From: Camelus dromedarius | Taxonomy: Eukaryota | NCBI RefSeq assembly: GCF_036321535.1 | Contig: NC_087436.1 | Span: 118,608,001-118,672,000 of the forward strand | DNA: 64,000 nucleotides | Direction: 5' to 3' | In this document: positions 24,220 through 35,480 of the stretch, piece by piece | Numbering within the stretch: the first letter of the stretch is position 1 | Layout: every line of letters starts with the position of its first letter | Notes under the pieces: generated by a model | What the model saw: only the letters and a program-made list of their open reading frames with translations | What the model was told of the DNA's origin: nothing | Databases searched by the model: none | Translations under genes and position numbers: made by a program

Positions 24220-25110
24220 TCGCCACAGCACTCCGGCCCGGGCACTGCCCTCAGGCGGCCCCACGCCCAGGCGCCCGAGGGCCCCGCCCCTTCCGTCCGG
24301 CCCACGCGCGCCCCGAGGGTACCTGGCCATTGTCCCGGCCGAGTGGCAGGTCGCGGGGCGCGGGGCAGCGGATGCGCAGCGCAGGGGGTCGCTCGTCGCG
24401 CTCGCCTGGCGAGCTGACGGCCGAGCCCGAGGGCTCGCTCACGTCGCTGGCCGTGTCCTCGCTACCGCCGGGCCCCGGCAGGCCGACAGAGTCGAGCCGG
24501 CCAGCACTGCGCGGCGTGCGCGCCGAGCCGCGGCGGCCCACGCTGTACGCGTCGAAGTCGATGGTCTTATTCTCGTAGGCGCCCTCCACCGCGGCGAACA
24601 TGCCGCCGTACTTCTGGCGCGGGGTCTGCGCCGCGCTGCCCGGTCGCGCCAGATACACGGGCAGGTCGTCCTCCGTGTTCCACCCGCGCCGGCGGTCCGC
24701 CATACCGGTCCAAAGCCGGCCGCCCACCCGCGCGCCCGCCTGCCCACGGCCCTAGCCACCGCCGTGCGCCGCGCTCCGCGCTCGGTGCGGGCCCGCGGCT
24801 GCCCAGGAGCGACTGCGGCCCGGGGAGGGTAGGGGAGAGGCGGGGCGCGCGGTGGGGCGGGGCCGAGGAGGGGCTGGGGCGGGGCCTCCGGGCGGCTGTG
24901 GATGAGCGCAGCCGCCCGCTACAAAGGATCGGGAGGCGGGGACCGCGGCGAGGGCGGGGAGAGACGATGACGTGCCCTCGCCGCAGCGCCGAGGGCGGGC
25001 AGCCGAACCGCAGTGCCCTCGCCGCACCCCCACTCTCTGCCCCCAGGCCGAGCTGAGGGCTCGAGGGGAGCCGGGGGTGCGAACGGCGAGCACGCACTCA
25101 CACACTCCCA
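24220..25110 (-). promoter_or_regulatory. CRMP1: CpG island / distal promoter of the CRMP1 long isoform
   Basis: CpG-dense stretch spanning the long first exon, with several GGGGCGGGG boxes (24853-24884), a Sox-like ACAAAG (~24921) and a CRE-like TGACGTG (~24968). Confidence 0.85.
24323..24703 (-). CDS. CRMP1: CRMP1 long-isoform (LCRMP-1) first coding exon, 127 codons (MADRRRGWNTEDDLPVYLARP...RDLPLGRDNGQ)
   Basis: ATG at 24703-24701 with an in-frame upstream TAG at 24754-24752 and a phase-0 donor CAG|gtaccc. The 114-aa difference from the short exon (127 minus 13) matches the recalled 686 vs 572 aa human isoforms. Confidence 0.96.
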
Positions 25111-25295
25111 AGGCACACACAGGTTGGTACTAGCACAGCAGACAATTACGCCATACGGGCACGTGCGAGATGCACTAACGGGCTGGCATATGCGGGAATC
25201 GATTACACACACGCTCCCCAGATACACGCAGGCTCGTTCACGCACATCATAGACAATTTTGCACACATATACATACTTGTACATATTCCGAGTCA

Positions 25296-25298
<3 letters not shown>

Positions 25299-25346
<48 letters not shown>
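25299..25346. repeat. (AC)24 microsatellite upstream of the long-isoform promoter
   Basis: Read directly from the sequence. Confidence 0.95.
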
Positions 25347-25347
<1 letters not shown>

Positions 25348-27329
25348 AGAAATTCTCAGTCAGCGAAGCCGGCGCATGCACCGCATCACACGGAGATTGA
25401 TTGCACAACCAGAGAAGCATTCACACATCGGTCACCGCATTCATTCACTCAGCACTATTATATTGAGAGCCCACCAGTGCCTACCACGTTGTTGGTGCTG
25501 GGGGCAGCGCCGTGAACGAAATAGACCAAGTCCTGCCCTCCGGGAGCTGACGTTCTAAGGAGAAGGAGACAAACACACACATCATGTACCAGACAGGGCT
25601 ACGCGCCTGGCAGGATGAACAGTCAGGCAAGAGGGATGTGCCGGGACCACATTCACGCTGACAGACAAGAGAAATACACTCTTGCACATGAACCAATGAC
25701 TCACACGTGTACACCGGGCTCACTCCTGCACCACCCACACAACAAAGAGATTTTCTCGCCCTCATACCAAAGGCAAACTCACAAGATGACTCCACACATG
25801 TAAACCCCGCCAGGACGCCCACACACAAATCCGTACCAGAAATAAGGGAGGTCAGGAGCTGAAATAGAAACGCTCCAGAAAAAGACACACAAAGGAACTG
25901 ATCATTTCACACACATGCACCGGCTCTTGTCAGTCACCCAGACAGACAAATATTCCCCAGTCCAGGGCCACCTCCCATGACCCCTGATGCAACCTATTCT
26001 TGCTGAGCTAGGAGCTTGCGGCCTTGGGGCCCCAGGCTTCCTCTGACCAGGGCCAGGGGGAGGGCGTGGGGCCTGGGGATCGCTCTGCTGGGGCTCCCTC
26101 TCTACCCGTCTTCAAAGCCAGGTGCCGTGTGCCTTTGCTAAACACCCCTCCTCATTTCTCCCCGATTATTATCAGGCAGAGGGTCCTAAGAGTCTCCAGG
26201 GACACTGTGGTCCCAGCTGCTCTTTCTGGACGAGCAGAGTCGCCAGCTGCCAGCCCCCTCCACGGGCAAGTCCAGACACATAGCATCAGGCTGGGTGGAG
26301 GACCCAGCTGGGAGCTTCAGTGCCTTGTGCCACACCCCCACCCCTCCCAGTGCTGGGAACTGTCCCTTCAGCACCTGGTCCCATTGGTTCTTGGAGTCCC
26401 AGACAGACAGATTTCCAGATTCACACTCTCATTCTTTCTGTGCTGAGACCCATACATTGAGGACTTGGGGTATTGGCTCCATGGCTTCACTGTCACCTTC
26501 CCACACTTACCACCTTTCAACAAGCTGGTCTGTGCAGTAAGTGGGTGTTGTTACTTCTCTACTGGACAGATGAGGAAACAGGAGAGGAGAATGAAGCAGT
26601 TGCCTAGTACTTCAGATCTCACTGTGCTCAGCCAGGTCTGGAATTCAGTGGGCACATAGCAGGTCCTTTTCTGTGCTTGAGAAAGTAATACTGGGAATAC
26701 AGAGATGAGTATTTATAAAGTCCCTGCCTTCAAGAAGCATATATTAGAGTAGGGGAGCGCTAACCATAAATAAGAACAGAGACTATTTACCACCATCACC
26801 CCCGCCTCCATCCACTCTCTTCTACCCACCCTATCCTGTTCCCCTCCCTTCTCTGCCCCTGGGCACCTGCACAGATTTCCACGACAGATAGTCCTCTTGG
26901 GGCCTGCAAGACTCTGGGTTGCTGTGCAAGTGTGTTTTCAATGAAAACTTGTATCTGTCCTGTGAAATTCTGTTCCTAGAACATTCCAGAGAAGGAAATT
27001 TCATATTGAAGACCACATAGAAACTTCTTCTAAAGCTCCCAAAATACTCATGGTGAGTAAACCCACAGAAATATCAGAGAATCCAAGAATCTGAGTTAGA
27101 TGAAACTTTGAGTTCAATCTTAGTGCTATATGCCTGAATTGGCTCTCACGTCCTGAGGATACTGTCTCTCAGGCTTTGTTTAAGTACCGCTGGTGATGGC
27201 AACCTCAGTAACTTTGCAAGAAAACCCTCTTCATTGTAAGAACGGGCAAGGCAGTTGTCAAGACTAGGAGAGGGTGACCCAGGAAGGAAGAGGGAACAAG
27301 TTGTCTTTATGGAGAAGCAGGAAAGGAGG

Positions 27330-27575
27330 ATAATAATTCCCACTTATAGAGTTTGCTACGTGTCAAGGACCATTGTAGGTACTTACATATGGTTACTCTT
27401 TTAAGCCTCACAGTGACCTTTGTGATAGGTACTGTTTTAGCCTCAGTTTACAGATGAGAAAACTGAAGCTCAGAGAGATAAATGACTTTCCCAGGATCAC
27501 AACTGGTAAATGATGCCACTTAGGATTTAAATGCAGTGGTCTGGTCCCAGAGTCTGCATCTTAACCAGTATCCCT
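27330..27575 (-). mobile_element. MIR SINE
   Basis: TTTACAGATGAGAAAACTGAAGCTCAGAGAG core, near full length. Confidence 0.8.
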
Positions 27576-28686
27576 TACCCTCCCTAGGATGTCTGACTGA
27601 AGAGCTCCCACGGGGAAAGGGGAGACAAAGGAATGGACGTGGCAGAGTTAGAAGAGTCTAGATTTTTGAGTTAGAATCCTGTCCTCCATGCCATCTTGGG
27701 CAACTGATAATTCCACATTCATCCCACACACATCTCGGCCATCCACACCCCTTGTTTTCTCCCGCATCTCTCCTCCCGTTGAAAGGAGGCAGATCTGACT
27801 TTGACTGAGTGCCTACCATATGCAAAGGTCTCTGAATACAGGGTTCATTTCCACACATCAGTTCTGCTTTCGGGACTCCCACATGACAGACGATGCCACC
27901 TCCATTTTCAGGCTGGCAGGCTGAGTGACAAACCTCAAACCCACTGCTCAAGGTAGCTGACCACGCTGGGGCTCAGCCTCAGGCTTGTCTGAGTCCTTTC
28001 TACAACATCTCCTCAGTCTCAAGGCCAGTAACCCCAGTGTGACAGAGGAAGCGGGGCAGGAAACCAAGCTGGGGTGTAAGTTAGGAAATGCAGCCGCCAG
28101 CCTGCAGGGAGGTGCGGGGGAGCGGTGTGTGGCGGAGGTCAACAGAAGAAAGCCCTGGAAACCTGGGCAAAGTGCTGTCAGGGCAGAGGACTGCTGTGAC
28201 CCTCCCCGTCCTGTCCCCTGACTGCTCTCAGCCCTCCAGGGGAAGAGTGCTCAATCAAGCCGCGACATCCAGTGAAAGACAAGCCTGCAGCCCATCCTGC
28301 CAGGCCAGGAAGCCTTCTGGGGCGATGGCAGAGGACAGAGGGGCCGCATCAGAGGGCTGCAGGGAGAGGACGGGAGACACCACTCGGCTCTGATGCTCGT
28401 TCTCCATCAGGACCTTTTTTTGGCAAATAAAAAAATAGATTAAAAAGTCAGTTGTAAAAAGAATGTTTTCCAAAACTGAGGGAAAAGGAGCTGTAGTTTA
28501 TTGTTAGGTGTGTGATCCTTTTAGCAAATCTGTGAGGGGATATGAGAAAAGAAGTTCAGAGAAGGAAAGCAAGCTCCCTAAAGTTATGTGGTCAGCAAGC
28601 GGCAGACGTACAGTTCAGTTTCAAGCCTGTTTGATTCTAAAATGTTTACTGTTTTTCTGCTGCCTCCAGATCAGTTCACGGGGGAC

Positions 28687-29206
28687 TGTGGTAACATAAT
28701 AATGCCCCCTTCCCAAAGCTGTCCAGCTCCTAATCCCCGGAGCCTGTGTGTATGTGACCTTACACGGCAAAAGGTAACGTGCAGATGTCATAAAGCTCAG
28801 GGTCTTGAGATGGGAGATTATGCTGGATTATTCAGGTTGGCCTGATGTAATCACAGGGTCCTTAGAAGTGGAAGAGGAAGGAAAGAAGGAGGGTCAGGGT
28901 CAGCGGAGGTGATGTGACAACAGAAGCAGAGAGAGATTTGAAGATGCGATGCTGCAGGCTTTGAAGATGGAGGAAGAGAGCCTGAGCCAAAGAATGCAGG
29001 CAGCTTCCAGAAGCTGGAAAAGGTCAGGATGCCAGTTCTCCCCTAGGGCCCCCAGAAGGAACGCGGTCCTGCCAATACCTTGACTTTAGCCCAGTGAGAC
29101 CTGTTTCAGACTTCTGATCTCCAGAACCATAAGATAATAAGTATGTGTTCTTGTAAGCCCCTAGGTTGATGGCAACTTATTACAGCAAAAATAGTAAACT
29201 AATACA
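28687..29206 (+). mobile_element. MaLR solo LTR, MLT1D-like, full length
   Basis: TGTGGTA start, CTTGAGATGGGAGATTAT, GGCTTTGAAGATGGAGGAAG, AAACTAATACA end. Confidence 0.85.
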
Positions 29207-29369
29207 GGCATATAATGGATCGTACAGGAAATCAGTTTGTTACTTGTGCAAAGTAGATCTGACTTCTGAGAAGATCATTTATTCCAAATGATCAAAGAGG
29301 CTTGAAGTAATTGCCTTTTTGTATTGGGCCAGGGTCGACAGCACCTTGTAATGAACCGTCAATAAATTA

Positions 29370-29445
29370 AACATTCAAAAGGGAAAAAAACTTTAATTGT
29401 GAAAAAGGATACATTTTAATGTACAAAATTACACAAATTATACAT
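29370..29445 (-). terminator. Candidate distal polyadenylation region of an upstream minus-strand transcript
   Basis: Two ATTAAA hexamers (29420-29415, 29397-29392) with nearby TGTA elements and a downstream T-rich tract on the minus strand. Confidence 0.5.
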
Positions 29446-30439
29446 TTAACTAACATAGAAAAATACATCTTGATAACAAGAGAAAATGCCAGCCTATTTT
29501 ACACAAGATTGAACAATCATTACAAATCTCGAAAACCCAGAAGGGACTGTGGAGCCTGATTCAGATTCACAACGGGTCAAGAATCTGGCGGGCGTCTCCG
29601 AGGACTGAGGACTGAGCACTCTGTTCATTTTGCTGCAGGCAGGAGTCTGGGGACAGCCGCTGCTTCAGAACCCAAGAGAGCGTCCCACTGAAGAACATCC
29701 GAAAGGAAGGGAGGTCTGCCTTTGTTGCCAGACCATTCCCATGGGAACCAACGCTTGTAACTGAAGGGAGGGGCAGAGCATGGATTGCCAAAATTCTGAC
29801 CCTGTGTTTATTCATAGAGACATATAATATAGGAGTCCTTTGAGATTCATGCAGTTGCAAGGGGTAACGTTATTGTGCATGTGGGATCTAGTGCAAAAGC
29901 ACACAATTTCCAAATTGATGTCTGTGCTTCACAGCTCTCATGTGATAGCTGCCCAGGATTCCACCTGGAAGAGTGAGGAGATCAGGGAGGTTCTGCCAAA
30001 ATGAACACTCAAGTCTTGCTCATTGCCTTTGCCAGTGACACCCAAGTCCCTGTCCTGCCTCACCAGCAAAAGTTGGTTGTACAAACCTGAACGTTGGGAG
30101 ATCGTCTTAGTCGCCCAACTCAGATGGGTGGTGCATGCCCCACTGTTGCACTGAAGTGCGTCTGCATCATTTTCCAAATGTTGAGAGGAGGTTCTCAACA
30201 TCCACAGAGCACTAACACGTGCTGAGTGCTTTAGACACCACGTGCTGTCTCATTAAGGCTCACACCTTCCCTGATGTTTCTGCAGGGGACTTTGAGACAG
30301 AGAGAGGTAAGTATACTGTCCAAGTTTGCACAATCAGTTGGTCGCAAAGTCCTGGCTGGAACCCCATGTATCTGGCCCATAACCGATTCTCCAGTCTCTA
30401 TGAGAGGCAGAACTTGCCCTTGTCCCAATGCAAAGTCTA

Positions 30440-30478
30440 ATAGTTAATAGTTATAACATCACAGCATAAATATTTATT
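30440..30478 (-). terminator. Candidate proximal polyadenylation signal
   Basis: AATAAA at 30478-30473 on the minus strand, followed by T/GT-rich sequence (tatttatgctgtgatgtt). Confidence 0.4.
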
Positions 30479-32689
30479 GTCCCCATCACTTTCAGTGTCA
30501 TATTTGCAAACATTGTATTATATTACTTTAAAAAGAAAATATTGATACAGAGTTGATACCAAAGATTCCCCCCCTTTTAAACAACCCTACCCGTGTGTCT
30601 TTCTCTTCCCCTATTCCACCACCATATAAAGGTTTCATCAGCCCACCTTTGGGCATAGCCTGATGATGTTTTTCAAAGACAAAAAAATGTTATTGAAGCA
30701 AACGTGATTTTGATGGTAGCAATTCTGCCATCAGTCTTCCCGTGACTCTGTGTAAAACATTTGCACCAAGGCTGCAGACGTCAGATTTGGATGGGAGCTG
30801 TGCTTGCTGAAACCAGAGTCGGATTTAGGGAAAATCAAATAGGATAAAGAAAACCCAATCCTTCCATCCTAAGCCTATTGACTGTTTAAAAGCAGTTTTA
30901 GGTCCAAGGCACACACTCTCTCTTTTCTAGACATTCTCATATAAGAAGAAAGAGGAATAAATACATGAGCAAACCCCAGAGGTTTCTTCTTCTCCGCCTC
31001 CTTAAGGTACCAAAAAATTTCCAAAGAATTTATTTCAAAGCCAGATAGGAACACAGTTGGCCATTGGTGCAAGTGCCGAATAGAAATCTGATTCTATTTG
31101 CTTACACAACTGGTGGCTTTATATATCATAGTGGACTTAGAATATCTATTTCTGGAAGATTTCAAGATGTAAGCCACTGTTCCCAAGAAATTGGTTTCGT
31201 GTGCCTACTGTGTCACTCAGTTGTATAATCTGAATCTTCATGTCACCGTTCTGTGATTGGCCACCAAGGGCTTGGCATCCGGTTCTGCTTTGGCACAGCT
31301 GAACGCTACAGCACGCTATGCTTTTTCGTTTTCATAGTTTCATCAGCTTGGCCTCTAAAGGTCAAGTTACAAAGCCATCTCAGGGTCAAAAATATTCCAG
31401 AGATAGGAAGTTTCCTCCTGTCAGTTCTGAGGACACTGCTCTTTCCCAGCAAGGAGCAAAAATAAATGTGAGTCTGACATGAAAAAAAGAAACCCACGGT
31501 GGCATCTGGGACTTTCATTAACCCAGGGGGTGGGAGAACCGAAAGTTCTGTGAGGCTCCAGTCTGGCGGTTCTCTCCCTGGCTGCCCATTAAAGAATCAG
31601 TGGGGGGCTCTTTAAAGACCCCTGCTTGGGACCCACCCAAGACAATCTGACCTAAGTGGCCTGGAGAGATTGCTGCGCATTGGATTTCTAATTGCTCTCC
31701 AGGTGAGTCCAACATGCAAAGAGGGAGAAGAATCATCACCATGGAGTGCAACCTTTGTACCACACAGGTGCATCCTTAGAGAGACAGTGTGGCAGGGCTC
31801 CTGCTACACCCACCCCCTGACTCCCAACCCAGATCCCTTCTCACTGCAAGGCACTGTCAATGCAGAAAAAGAGGCTGAATATCTAAAATATGTCTGAAAT
31901 GTCTAGCACCCTGTTCTCAGAAGTTGACTGAGTTCTCAAGAAACTTCTCATTCCATACTTGGAATTTCACCCTGGAATTAGACAAGAGCTGTGAATCTCT
32001 TAAAAGAAGGTCACCAGCCTGAAGGTAAAAATCGTCCCCCTCAAGTTTATGAAGTCTACTCCATAAATTGCTGAGTAACACAAATGGAAAGAAAGGAATA
32101 CATCTTTTAAAGGACTTGGGCTCCCTGTTCTCCGCAGTGACGAGTGACTAAGCTCATACAGTAATCTCATCACAAAGTAATTCATAAACTTTTGATCAGC
32201 TTTGCTGCTTCATTTTCACCCTGGGAAACTAGGGTAGGGATGTGGAGGGATGGATTAAACCGTAATCATCTCAGGCTAGCCAAGAAGTAGGTGAGTTCTC
32301 ATGATAGCCCGGGACTCAGGGCTGCCCCAGGCAGAAATGTGGGGAAAGCCTTTGATCTAATAAACGTTGCTGAGTGATGCCATATGGATGGTAATCATTA
32401 GAAAATGAATTGCATCAGACCCAGATCTAGAATTCCAAATCAGAAGAACACGCATGGGAGGCACAGTGGGAGCGCTTTGCTTAAGACATTAGAACCCGAC
32501 TCAGCTCCGTCGACAGTCAAGAAGCTGTGTGACCACACACGTCACTTAACCTCTCTGGGCTTTTGTTTCCCCTCCTGTAAAATGGGGGATGGCAGGGCTG
32601 TTCACACTAAACAAGGTCTCCAGCCCTCACAACGGATGCTTCCGGCTCTGTCGCCATACTTACTGCGCCATCGGCCTGCCTGGGAAGGC

Positions 32690-32870
32690 CCGTGGCAATG
32701 ACCACTCCGCGCACACGACAGCGCGGCCACCCACGCCATCTGCAGCGCTGTTGGACCGCGCGGCCTCCGCGTGCCTCAGTGGCTGCCGCACCTCTGGTGA
32801 ACCTATTTTAAGAACACTGCCTAGCAGTTCACAGGGAAACGTTGCCATGCCAACTTGCTGGCTGTTGCTA
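32690..32870. promoter_or_regulatory. Candidate enhancer: CpG-rich patch with RFX X-box, MEF2-like site and E-box
   Basis: GTTGCCATGCCAAC at 32841-32854 (13/14 to the X-box palindrome), CTATTTTAAG at 32803-32812, CATCTG at 32737-32742, and local CpG retention. Confidence 0.5.
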
Positions 32871-34977
32871 ATCACAATCTACGAAGGCACAGTACCACCA
32901 TCTGACAAGCAGTTCTCTTCCTGAGCCTGGAGACCTTGTCATCAGACAGACCGCCTTGTTCATAACAGCACACAGTAGGTACACAGCAGATATGCATTGT
33001 ATGAAGGACGTGAATGAAGGACGTGAAAGTGTATGCATCACACTGGTCTGCAAAGTTCTTCTGCACCCAATGTATGTACTGCCCTCCCAGCAGGTGCTAA
33101 GGCAGGTGTTTTACTGCCCCATTGGTCAGGTGAGCAAACTGAGGAGAAATGACTTTCCCATGACCTCGGAGCTAAGAAGCTGCAGGACCTGGACTCCAGG
33201 CCAGTGCTTCAGTTTTAAACGCAAATCCCTCTCCCACACCAGGTGGTCTCTCCGCTCTCCAGCAGATGAAGGCCGAATCCTATACATTTATGCACAACGG
33301 TAAGATTGACAAATTTCCTTTTCCATCCACCTTCCTGTTTCACCCAAAGCCTTAAGGCAAGGAGGCAGGGCTCTGCCGGGGCCACACCTGGTCTCTGAGC
33401 TCTCCGATGCACGGGAGGATTAACTGCTCCCCTCAGGAGGGCCTCACTGGCCCCAGAGGGGCTCAGAGGCCTCCCGCAGGGACACTGGGAAGGACTGAGG
33501 TCACGGAAGCAGCACAGTGGGTGGGAATACCAGTGGTCGGCGAAGGTAGGGGCCCAGGACAAGCATGCCGCCTGGGGCTGGCGGAGGAGCAGACAGGGCC
33601 CGGATCCGGAGGCAGCACATAGCCAGCAACAGAGCTGAGCCCTGAAGGTGAAGCCAGGGCCCTACCTAAAGCCAGCTCAGAAGAGACACTTTATGAGCAA
33701 TTATTGACTGACTGACTGATTAACGTAAAGCGCGTCCCCAAGAGCCGGAATTTGGTCTGTTTGTTCTCTCCTGTAACCCAGGTCTGTGGCAGAGCCCAGC
33801 ACCTAGTGAGGCTCAGTAAATGCTTGCTGGTTGGAGCCCAGTGAGCGACACACCTCAACCCCAAGAACCCGCGTACCCGGAAGCGCTCCAGGGGAGGCTA
33901 GAAACCACATTTTTCCTTCTTGGGGGGAATTATTTGGAAAACATGCCATCCTTTTCACCTCAGAGGGAGACGTCTGGTTAGGAAGGAGGGGAACTAAACT
34001 CTATTGAGCACCTACTATGTGGCAGGCAGGCACCTGACGTTCTTGACTCCCCTGGTGCTGGTGAGAACTGGGGCGTCGCCCCATCTAACAGCTGAGGGTC
34101 TGCAGTCAGAGAGGTGGCTGGCCTGCCCGGAGTCCTAGCAGGTGAAAGGCGGAGGTAGGGCTCTGAAATCAGGCTGATGGATTCTGTAGTCAGCTGTCCT
34201 CCAGGATATCACGTCTCTTGCTTGGTTGTGCTCTGTAGCCAAGGGGATTTGGAGCCCTTGAATGTCACCCTCACCTGTTACAAAGTAACATGACTGGAAA
34301 CACCTGCTGTGTGCCAAGCATCCGCTCGATGCTTTACCTTCTCTGGGTCAGCTAATTCTCAGAATAACCCCGTGGGGGAGACATGGTCCCTTTCCCCATT
34401 TTGCAGATGGAGAAACTGACTCCCAAATTCTAAGTTGCCTGATTGGCCTGTGCTGTTAATAAGCCCCTCATATCCCAGCTCCACATTCCAGTCACCTCAT
34501 GTCCCCTTCCTCTGTCTCAGCAATTCCATGAGGCTGCCAGAGAAGGTACCATCTCTCTCATTTTCCTCCAAAATAAGAATCACAGGATCAGAAAGGTTAA
34601 GGCTATTGGATCAGGTGGGTGGCAGAGGTGGAACCAGAACCCAGTCCAGGTCCTTCCTGGGTGACACCAGACATATTACCATCCCACCCGGAAGACCCAT
34701 CCGTATTTCTACCCATAACAGGAAAGTTCTGGGCAGACTAGGTGGGTGAGGTGGTGAGCGAGGAGGGGACCAGGAGGGAGTAGGGGCTCAGGCTGTGTGC
34801 CTGCTGGAGGGGGAGGGAGTGGCTGTCCTCCTTCAGCTCTGAGTGCGACCATGAAGCTAAAGACCTTGTGTTGCCAGATCCACTGGTTTTCCAAGAGAAG
34901 CCAGAAATCCAGATGTTTATGAGAAATCTCTTGGCTTTAAATGTTATTTGCTAGCTGAATATTAATAAATACAATGT

Positions 34978-35480
34978 AGGTATTTGTACCCCCATGTTCA
35001 TAATATTATTCACAACAGCCAAGAGAGGGAAGCAACCCAAATGCCCATTGACAGGTAGAGGGGTAGACAAAATGTGGTCCATCCAAAGAATGGAATATTA
35101 CTTTGCCTTAAAAAGGAAGGAAATTCTGACACCCACTACAACATGGATGAAACTGGAGGACATGATGCGCAGTGAAATAAGCCAGTCCCCCAAAACAAAT
35201 CCTGTATGATTCCACTTACAGGAAGTCCCTAGAGGAGTCAAATTTATAGAGACAGAAAGTAGGATGGAGGCTGCTGGGGCTGGGGGAGGGGAGAACAGGG
35301 GCTTAACGTTTCACGGGGACAGAGTTTCAGTCTGGGAAGATGAAAGAACTCTGGAGATGGATGGTGATGATGGTTGCACAACAATGTGCATGTACTTAAT
35401 GCCAGTGAACTGGGCATTGAGAAACGGCTAAGATGGTAAATTTTATGCCAAGTGTATTTTAACCAGAACTTAAAAAAACC
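34978..35480 (+). mobile_element. L1MB-type LINE-1 3' end (ORF2 tail plus 3' UTR)
   Basis: The translation includes TAKRGKQPKCP...KMWSI...EYY.ALKRKEIL...TTWMKLED...SEISQ, the L1 ORF2 C-terminus; then 3' UTR and A-rich tail. It appears to interrupt a hAT-like fragment (~34870-34950 and ~35500-35545). Confidence 0.88.

Noticed and set aside
24012..24578. 188-aa plus-strand ORF
   Set aside because: Antisense shadow of the GC-rich long first exon.
30712..30734. Small hairpin TGATGGTAG-caatt-CTGCCATCA
   Set aside because: The 9-bp stem is too short for a pre-miRNA or snoRNA call.
34994..35209. 71-aa ORF with realistic composition
   Set aside because: Decayed L1 ORF2 C-terminus, not a host gene.
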